DNA from: Octopus vulgaris
Lineage: Eukaryota
DNA: 64,000 nt
Direction: 5' to 3'
NCBI GenBank assembly: GCA_951406725.2
Contig: OX597815.1
Location: forward strand, 65,286,001 to 65,350,000
The translations under genes and the position numbers were made by a program. A model generated the notes under the pieces. That model ran no database searches, was not told the DNA's origin, and was given only the letters and a program-made list of their open reading frames with translations. Positions 55,236 through 64,000 of the stretch are shown in pieces. Each line of letters starts with the position of its first letter. Positions within the stretch are counted from its first letter, which is position 1.

Positions 55236-55838
55236 ATATCTATATGCATAATCTGCATATATATAAATATATATAAAACGCCAACAGCGAATTTCTTAAG
55301 ACTGGCATCAGTTTTGCCAACTTCTGTTGCCTCCTCAGTTAAGCCCACTCAGTGTTCAGCTCTTTCCAGATCTGTTTTTCTATTATGTTTCCATCATCCA
55401 AATTAATAGATGATTTAGCAATTCCCTAATGTGTATACACAAAATTAATATAAGCAACAGGTTGCAATGTTTCAACAAAAAGGAGAATTATAATTATTAC
55501 TAAATCTGACTAGGTTCTTAAAAAACACCTACATTGCAAGAACTAAGAGCTAAATTGCTCTAATGCTCTAATGCACATGAATGAAAGCATATACACTAAC
55601 AGTGACCATAATTGTATATATATATATATGTCTAACTCTATTGTGTATTATAAATGAATTTTTTATATTTGATAGCATGAACTATCTTTTTTCATATATA
55701 ACTTTTTTTGATAAGGTTCATTTCAAGAACCAAAACATGTTATAATGTATATATAAAAATAAAAAATTTGTATAATATAGCAGCATTTTCGAACTTCATT
55801 TTTTACAAATATATACCTACTCGTATACGAGCTAATCC

Positions 55839-55874
<36 letters not shown>

Positions 55875-55876
<2 letters not shown>

Positions 55877-56202
55877 GTGCCGGTGGCACATAAAAAGCAC
55901 CATCGGAATGTGGCCGATGCCAGCGCCGCCTCGACTAGCTTCTGTGCCGGTGGCATATAAAAAGCACCATCCGAACATGGCCGATGCCAGACCCCCCTGG
56001 CACCTGTGCAGGTGGCACGTAAAAAGCACCCACTACACTCGCGGAGTGGTTGGCGTTAGGAAGGGCATCCAGCTGTAGAAACACTGCCAGATCAGACTGG
56101 AGCCTGGTGCAGCCCCTGGCTTCCCAGACCCCGGTCGAACCGTCCAACCCGTGCTAGCGCGGAAAACGGACATTAAACGATGATGATGATGATGATGATG
56201 AT
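55875..56202 (+). mobile_element. RTE LINE 3'UTR inserted in (TA)n
   Basis: Three ggtggca..taaaaagcacc units and the standard (GAT)n tail. Confidence 0.88.
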
Positions 56203-56262
56203 ATGTATATGTGTGTATATATATATATATGTATGTATATATGTATGTATGTATGTATGTAT

Positions 56263-56730
56263 GTTTTTTTGTTTTTTCTTTTTAAAGCATTTGCTCGTTA
56301 GAAGGTCCTTAGACCACTGAAAACATAAGTGCTACTAGAATAAAATGGATGCTAGACAGAAGTCAATAGGTGACGATGTACACCAGACTTAAAAGACTGG
56401 AGGTCATATTGAGGAAGAAAACAAGACTGAGGAAGGGAATTCCAAAGTTCAAGGGTGCGAGGGAAGAAACTGTTACTGTAAAGTGCTTTGCGACACTTAG
56501 GAGGTTGCACAGTATACTGATGAGAACTGGATGTGAGTCTAGTTGATTGCTGATAAGTTCTTAAATGAGGAACTAGAGAAGAGAGCTCAGCTGAACAATG
56601 TCCATGAAAATACTTATTGAAAAGAGACAAGGAAGCCACACAAAGGCAATGAGAGAGTGAATCCAATTTAGAAGATAGATCAGGACCAATAGCATTACAA
56701 ATATGGCACTGAATCTGGTCCAACAGAGTT
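56263..56730 (-). mobile_element. CR1/Jockey-group LINE 3' end
   Basis: LLDQIQ..SLSH..VASLSLF..YFHGHCS..SFFPRTLELWNSLP..YDLQSFKSGV, short 3'UTR and A-rich tail. Confidence 0.87.
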
Positions 56731-56849
56731 GTATGTATATACATATATATATAGTTAATCCAAACATGAAAGCACAAAAAAACACAACGCGAGGATGTGG
56801 AACAAATATAGTATTATTGGATGCTCAGGAAAGAAGGAAAGAAGGAGGG

Positions 56850-56882
56850 TTTAACGTTTCGAGCGGAGCTCTTCGTCAGAAA
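56850..56882 (-). ncRNA. Minimal hammerhead with loopless stem III
   Basis: uuu-CUGACGA-A-GAGC ucc GCUC-GAAAC-GUU-aaa. Confidence 0.75.
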
Positions 56883-57229
56883 CATAGGAGAAGGAAAGAT
56901 CCAGAGAAGGGAAGACAGAGGAAAAAAAAAAGAAAGGAAAAGATAAAGCATATATACATATATATATATACATATAATATATATGTGTATATATATGTAT
57001 ATACATGTGCCCCAGCCTGGGCTCAGTCAAATGACTGAAACAAGTAAAAGATAAAAAATATATATATATAATATATATATATAGAGAGAGAGTCATCCCA
57101 TAAATAATGTAGTTTTTATACTTCTCTTAATTTTTCAAAATGAAGATAAACAAACTTTCTTTTTAATCTAAAATATACTCTCCTTCATTTTCTACAATGC
57201 TCTTTCTTCTATCTGGTAGACTAGTAAGG

Positions 57230-57264
<35 letters not shown>

Positions 57265-57340
57265 TTATATACTTATGTAACCACGTGTTTTTCGTTGGCA
57301 ATTTTCTTCCTCCATCTTCCCTTCTTTTGGACTTTCCTCT

Positions 57341-57375
57341 ATTTCTGAAGAAGAGCTTTGCTCAAAACGTAAAAT
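57341..57375 (+). ncRNA. Minimal hammerhead, G12A (probably inactive)
   Basis: auuu-CUGAAGA-A-GAGC uuu GCUC-AAAAC-GUA-aaau. Confidence 0.62.
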
Positions 57376-57834
57376 CTTTTTTTCTTTCCTTTCCTAAGCA
57401 TCTGATAATACAGTACTTGTACCACGTCCTCACCTTGTTGTTTTTACTCATTTGTTTTTCTTTATTTGGATTCACTATATATACATACATACATACATAC
57501 ATACATGCATACACACATACATATATATATATAAGTATATATTTATGTGTGTATGTCTTTGTGTCTGTTTTTGTCCCTCCATCACTGCTTGACAACCAGT
57601 GTTGGTATGTTTATGTCCTCGTAATTTAGTGGTTCAACAAAAGAGACCAATAGAATAAGTACAAAAAATAAGTCATGGGACCAATTTCTTTGACTAAAAA
57701 ACCCTTTAAAGCATGGTTGCAGTCAACTGACTGAAACAAATAAACAAATAAAAGAATACATGTATCTGTATGCATGAATATGTTTACATGTATGAGCACA
57801 TTTGTGCATGTGAATATATTTATGTGTATATATA

Positions 57835-58252
57835 AGTTTAAGAAGCATACTTCCCAACTACATGTTTCCAGGTTCAGTCCCACTGCATGGCACTTTGGGC
57901 ATGTGTCTTCTACTATAGCCTCGGGCTGACCAAACTTTGTGAGTGGATTTGGTAGATGGAAACTGAAAGAAGCCAGTCATATATATATGCATGTATGTAT
58001 GTATGTATGTATGTATGTATGTATGTATGTATGTATGTATGTATTTGTGTGTGTGTGTTTGTGTTTGTCCCCCCACCATCACTTGACAACCGATGTTGGT
58101 GTGTTTACATCTCCATAACTTAGCAGTTCGGCAGAAAGAGACCGATAGAATGAGTGCTGGGCTTACAAAGAATAAATCCTGGGATCGATTTGTTTGACTA
58201 AAGGCAGTGCAATCAAATGGCTGCAATCAAATGACTGAAACAAGTAAAAGAA
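57835..58252 (+). mobile_element. Family A SINE; another 3' half lies at about 57550-57750
   Basis: ggttcagtcccactg, ggtagatggaaactgaaagaagcc, internal (TATG)n and 3' tail. Confidence 0.85.
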
Positions 58253-58361
58253 TAAATGTATATATATATATATAATGCATCTGTATATGTGTGTATAAGG
58301 TGGCAAGTTGGCAGAATCATTACCACTCCAGACATATACGTATGTATGTATATATACATAC

Positions 58362-58395
<34 letters not shown>

Positions 58396-59504
58396 GCAAA
58401 TGTGTGTGCATATGCTTAGGTATTTGTGTTTTTTACTAACTGTATACAAAAGAGAGATCTTGTTGTTGTTATTGTTATTGTTGCTGCTGTTGCTGTTATT
58501 ACTGTAGTTCTTAGGTATTCCCTATTATGTTTAGATGAGCCTAAACCACAAACCCACTAAATGTTTAAGACCATAATTTATATCCCCATATATTTTATAC
58601 ATTACTCTCATATGTACCTGTACACTTCCTCTAATATATACACTCTGATTTATACAGCCCATCTATTTTATACTTCACTGTCCTGTATATCCACACATCT
58701 CCCTCTAATATACACACAGTTTGATTGATACACACACCTATTTGATACTTTACACTCTTACGTATGTACACATTTCCCTCTAACAAACATAATTTGTCCT
58801 GTTTGCTTTATATTCCCTACATTATGTACATTTTCCCTATATTCCATGAATAAAATCAGTATTGTGTCTCATCCTTATAATGTCAATAAAAAGTAACAAT
58901 CCAAGAGGATGGACTAGCAGAACTTTAAGAATGTCAGACCAGATACACTGTGGCATTGGTCCCTGCAATTGACATTTCACTTCACTGCATTTAGAAATGA
59001 GATTATAAAAGAATGTTTTTTATTCTTTCAAGAGGCAGTGATGTATGTATATCTAACTCTATGTGTTCATTTTTGTGAATGTGAATATATGCCTGTTTGC
59101 ATGTATGTGTATTTGGGTACATGCATGTGTTTGAGTGCATGTGTATATGAAGTTGTGTATGTTTGTGTGTTTATGTGTATGGATGTGTGTTTTTGAATGT
59201 GTGCTTGTGTGCATGTCTATATGCTTCTGTATGTTTATATGTGTGTGTGTGCATGTGTGTGTGTGCATGTGTGTGTGCATATGTGCGTGCGTGTGTGTGT
59301 GTGTGTGTGCATGTATGTGTGTGTGTGTGCATGCATGTATGTGCAGGAGTCTGTGTGTGAATGCATCCTGTGAAATTGAGAAATGAAATTTATAAATATT
59401 TGTGTTTTCTACAAGAGATACCAGAGGTCAAACAAGACTGAAACTTTCTGGAAGTTTTCAGAACTTTCTTTATAAACTAATACCATGTTTCCTTGCTATT
59501 TCAG

Positions 59505-59519
59505 ATGGAAGTCATAGCA
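59505..59519 (+). other. Candidate 15-nt microexon
   Basis: ctaat branch point (59477), tttccttgctatttcag|ATGGAAGTCATAGCA|gtgagt. Confidence 0.35.
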
Positions 59520-60173
59520 GTGAGTTTGTTTTTGTGTCTTCTAATAGTTGAATTAATAGGATAGCAGACAGCCAGCTAATGACAGTGCCTAGCCAGTTAA
59601 TTAGAATGATCACACTAGCTCCGTCAACTTAGCTTTGAGTAGGTACCTAGATGGGTATAAATTATTGCTGCAATTCAGACCATATCAAAATATTTTGCTT
59701 GACTTAGAGCACAAAATTTTTTTTTAAATTATCAAAATGTTATTGAGGTGCAAACGTAGCTGTGTGTTTAAGAAGGTTCCTACACAATCATGTGGTTTGG
59801 CATTCAGTTCTATTGTGTAGCACCTTGGACAGGTGTCTTCTACTATAGCCCAAGGTCATACACTGACTTATACATAAATCTGCTAACCCATCGTCTATGA
59901 TGATGATGATGATATATGAGTATGTCTGTGTTTGTGCATGTGTGTGTGTGTGTTTCACAATATTTGTAAACAAAGTCTTGTTCATTTGGTGTCATTTGCT
60001 TCCATTTGTCCTCATGAACATGTCTTGGCTGTTTATGGTTGATTAAACTGGGAAATTATAATCTTGCTTGCAACTAAATGTGAGTTGGTGATAAGAGAGA
60101 AATCCAGTCATAGAAAACACAGCTCCAATGTGCTTTTGTCTCACCCATACAAGTATGGAAAAATAGACTTTAA

Positions 60174-60387
60174 CCCTTTAGCATTCAGATTACTCAGTCA
60201 AATGTAATGTTTATTTATTCACATTGTTTTGAATTAATCATGCATTATCTTGCAACTAAGAGATTTTCATCATGTGATTGCTTAATTTGACATTGTAGAG
60301 TAGGTATGAGAAGTTAGGCATGGACAGTTTGAACATTAAACAAATAGAATATTTGGGCTGGATTTGGTCGGTTTCAATTCTAAAGTG
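60174..60387. mobile_element. piggyBac-type MITE (214 bp)
   Basis: TTAA|ccctttagcatt ... aattctaaagtg|TTAA. Confidence 0.75.
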
Positions 60388-60399
60388 TTAAAATGAATT

Positions 60400-60610
60400 C
60401 TTTCTTTTATTCTTTTACTTATTTAAGTCACATGACCGCAGCCATGTTAGAGCACCGCCTTAATGGGTTTTAGTCAAGAAAATCAACCCTAGGACTTATT
60501 CTTTGTAAGCCTAGTTAGTACTTGGTCTATCAGTCTCTTATGCCAAACATACCAGCATCAGTTGTCAAGCGATGGTGGGGTGGGGGAGACAAACACAGAC
60601 ACAAAGACAG
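60400..60610 (-). mobile_element. 3' half of family A SINE
   Basis: Homologous to 34541-34760. Confidence 0.78.
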
Positions 60611-61360
60611 CGTATGTACACTTTGTTCTCTTATGTATAAGTACACATTTCACTAAATTTTGTACATTTTTTCAAATCTTTCTCCCCACTCTCTCTCGCA
60701 TTTCTTTGCCTTTACTTTGCACTTCACTATGTTCCTGTCTCTCTTTTTTTCTCGCCACTCCTTGATTCTTCAATCTATCTACTTCTACACTCTCTCTCTC
60801 TCTCTTCTCCCTTCCTTAATTCCTTTGATCCTCTTTTTCTCTCTCTTCTCTTCTCATGTGACCGTTGGTTGACTGCTAGCCCTTTTGCATTTGACTGTGG
60901 TCACTGCCACATCGATATTCTTCCTTCTGCTGTAAGGTTTAATTTCCATACATGCCAGCTGAATTCAATTCATCCCCTGTCAAAAGATGCCTGTTGTTAT
61001 GTCCTGTTATTATTATCATTATTGTTTTTTTTTTTGTATTTTGTATTTATATTCGTGTAACATTGTCTGTTTTTCCATCCTTGTTTCATATACATTCATT
61101 GCTTTTTTCCAAGGAATCTAATGCTCATAGCTTAGTTTTTCCTTGGGGCTGGCCAGATTGGAGCAATCTCAAGATAAATCAGCTGAAATTGCAAGGATAA
61201 TCTAGTTCTTGACTGAAGATAAAAGACTTTGAATGACCCGTCCTTGTTTTTTTGTATCGTCTATCTGGATGTTTTGTTGTTTTGTTGTCCCCTTTTGTAT
61301 CACCTAGTTGTCCTGATGTTTTGCGTTCTTGTCCCATTTTGTATTTTATTTTATATATAT

Positions 61361-62833
61361 CATCATCATCGTTTAACGTCTGTTCTCCATGCTAGCATGG
61401 GTTGGACGGTTCGACCGGGGATCTGGGAAGCCAGAAGGCTGCACCAGGCTCCAGTCTTATCTGGCAATGTTTCTACAGCTGGATGCCCTTCCTAACGCCA
61501 ACCACTCCGTGAGTGTAGTGGGTGCTTTTTACGTGCTGCCTGCACAGGTGCCAGGCGAGGCTGGCAACGGCCACGGTCGGATTGGTGTATTTTACGTGCC
61601 ACCGGCACGGAAGCCAGTCAAGGCGGCCCTGGCATCGGCCACAAGTCGGATAGTGCTTTTTACGTACCACCAGACCAGGGATCCTGGCTGGTTCAATTCG
61701 ATTTCGATTTCGCAGACCAGGGATCCTGGCTGGTTCAATTTGATTTCGATTTCGCTTGCCCCAACATGTCTTCGCAAGCAAAGGGGGTTGGCATGGGTGC
61801 CTGTCGTCGGATGAGGTTCTATATCAACTTCGCTTGCCTCAACAGGTCTTTGTGTCCAAGGGAGGAAAGGCATGCATAAGTGGGCTGGGCTCACTTGTCC
61901 TGCCTGGTCTTCTCACGTACAGCATATTTCCAAAGGTCTCGGTCGCTGGTCATTTCCTCAGTGAGGCCTAAAGTTCGAAGGTCGTGCTTCACCACCTCGT
62001 CCCAGGTTTTCCTGGGTCTACCTCTTCCACGGGTTCCCTCAACTGCTAGGGATTGGCACTTTCTCACACACCTATCTTCATCCATTCTTGCCACATGACC
62101 ATACCAGCACAATCGTCTCTCTTGCACACCACAACTGATGCTTCTTAGGTACAACATTTCTCTCAAGGTACTAACACTCTGTCGAGTAAGTACACTGACA
62201 TTACACATCCATCGGAGCATACTGGCTTCATTCCTCATGAGCTTACGCATGTCCTCAGCAGTCACGGCCCATGTTTCACTGCCATGTAGCATGGCTGTTC
62301 GTACACATGCATCATACAGTCTGCCTTTTACTCTGAGCGAGAGGCCTTTAGTCACCAGCAGAGGTAAGAGCTCCCTAAACTTTGCCCAGGCTATTCTTAT
62401 TCTAGCAGTTACACTTTCAGCGCACCCACCCCCACTACTGACTTGGTCACCTAGATAATGGAAGCTATCAACTACTTCTAGTTTTTCCCCCTGGAAAGTG
62501 ACGGAAGTTGTTTTCTGCAGATTTTCGGAGGTCAATGCTCCCGAGCATCTGCCACATACAAAAACTATCTTCCCAGTTAGCCTACCTTTGACATTGCTGC
62601 ACCTCTTATGTGTCCATAGCTTACACTGGGTACATCTTATAGAGTTTCTACCTACACCTTTTCTACAGATCGAGCAGGGCCATCTTCCTGAAGACATTTG
62701 TGGATTGTCTACCTTTCTACTTATTAGTACTTTGGTTTTAGCTAGATTGACTCTAAGGCCCCTCGATTCTAAACCCTCCTTCCACACCTGGAACTTCTCC
62801 TCCAGTTCTGATAGTGACTCAGCAATTAGAGCA

Positions 62834-62835
<2 letters not shown>
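61361..62835 (-). mobile_element. Young 5'-truncated RTE LINE: open C-terminal ORF (62835 to 61891), 3'UTR and (GAT)n tail
   Basis: Starts at the expected YADD|L position (LALIAES..GLRVNLAKTKVL), then FHYLGD, LHGSETW, RGRGRPRKTW; flanked by (TA)n. Confidence 0.95.
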
Positions 62836-62896
<61 letters not shown>

Positions 62897-62906
62897 TATA
62901 CATACA

Positions 62907-64000
62907 CAGTCATGTAGGAAGTAAATAGACGCCTTTAATTTTCAAAATTTCTAATCTAAGCATCTTAATATGTTTTCGGCGTTGTAGAATTTACAATGTA
63001 TTTATTCTTTTTCATTCCAGGTGCCATTATATTAAACATTTGGGAAGAGTAACCATGCCACACACAAAAAATTCAGTAGAACTGTCAGATTTTCAAAGAG
63101 GTCATATTGTTGGGCAATCTGAGGCTGGTTGTAGCCAGTAAAAAATTGCCGAAAATCTTCAAATTCCTCTTGCTACTGTTAATAGAATTATAGTGCAATT
63201 CAAAATCTAAGGAAGAGTATCAATAGATTCTCGTCCTGGCTGACCTGGGTCCTCGGAAAGGAAGCTTCGTTGTTTGAAGAGAATTGTGGAAAAGGAACCC
63301 CATTCGAAGGCTTCTGACATTGCAAAACAGCTAGAAGTTAGTCCAAAAATGTGTGTTACATATCTGCATAAGCTTGGGTATTATGGACGAGCATCTAGAA
63401 GAAAATCTCTCTTTCAACCAATTAATATCATGAAAAGAAAGAAATGGGCTAAGGAGATGTCAGAAAAATTCAGTTCATTTTGGGATAGAGTGATTTTCTC
63501 AGATGAATCCAGATTTGCATTAATTTCAGACAGTGGACGTGTTTGTGTCTGGAGGCTTCCCAATCAAGAATTTGATTTGAAACAACTCCAACCAACTGTG
63601 AAACAAGGTGGTATCTCTGTAATGGTATGGGGAGCTGTCACCAGCAATGGTTGTTCTGAGCTGATTGAATGTGTTGGAACAATAAACTATGAAAAATACA
63701 CCGAAATACTTAAGCAAGGACTACTTCTGTTGTAGTCACATGATAACAATGAAAAATTAGTTTTTTTTCATGGAAGATGGGGCTCCATGCCACACAGCAA
63801 AAAAGAATCAACAATGGCTGACTGAAAATGGGATCAAAAAGCTCCCTTGGCTGAGCCAATCTCCTAGCATGAATCCAATTGAAAACCTTTGGAGCATACT
63901 AGATAGAGCTATGTGAAAAACTCGACAGAAACCTAAATCTAAAGATGAATTGTTTTGATTGTTGCATGAAAAGTGGGCAGACATTCCACAAGAGACAATC
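62907..64000 (+). mobile_element. Tc1-family transposon with transposase pseudogene, running off the window end
   Basis: Left end CAGTCATG..; ATG 63055 MPHTKNSVELSDFQRGHIVG; VIFSDESRF, MEDGAPCH, SQSPSMNPIENLW; several stops. Confidence 0.93.

Larger units (their letters stand above)
56752..57478. mobile_element. Inverted pair of short Penelope-type repeats (about 56752-56930 minus, 57290-57478 plus)
   Basis: Diverged reverse complements, each with a minimal hammerhead motif. Confidence 0.7.

Overview
AT-rich, microsatellite-dense eukaryotic DNA with no recognisable host protein-coding gene. Almost all ORF-track hits are translations of simple repeats. The repeat complement suggests a cephalopod (octopus-like) intron or intergenic region; this is an inference. 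Identified by eye: RTE, R4/Dong, CR1-group and Tx1-like LINE fragments, several tRNA-derived SINE families, Tc1/mariner and piggyBac-type DNA transposons, a decayed Rep-coding Helitron plus three non-autonomous Helitrons sharing one 3' end, and a decayed Penelope-like element (RT thumb plus GIY-YIG). The strongest hidden signal is about a dozen minimal type-I hammerhead ribozyme motifs from several Penelope-type terminal-repeat families, most sitting in long inverted repeats. One family carries an apparent compensatory swap of the C3-G8 core pair (GUGAACA instead of CUGANGA) and has been duplicated inside a composite Helitron. Other candidates are an ORF1-only Tx1-like element, a PHD finger inside an RTE reverse transcriptase, a 15-nt microexon and a CpG-rich promoter-like island. 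Coordinates were counted by hand and boundaries of decayed elements are approximate.
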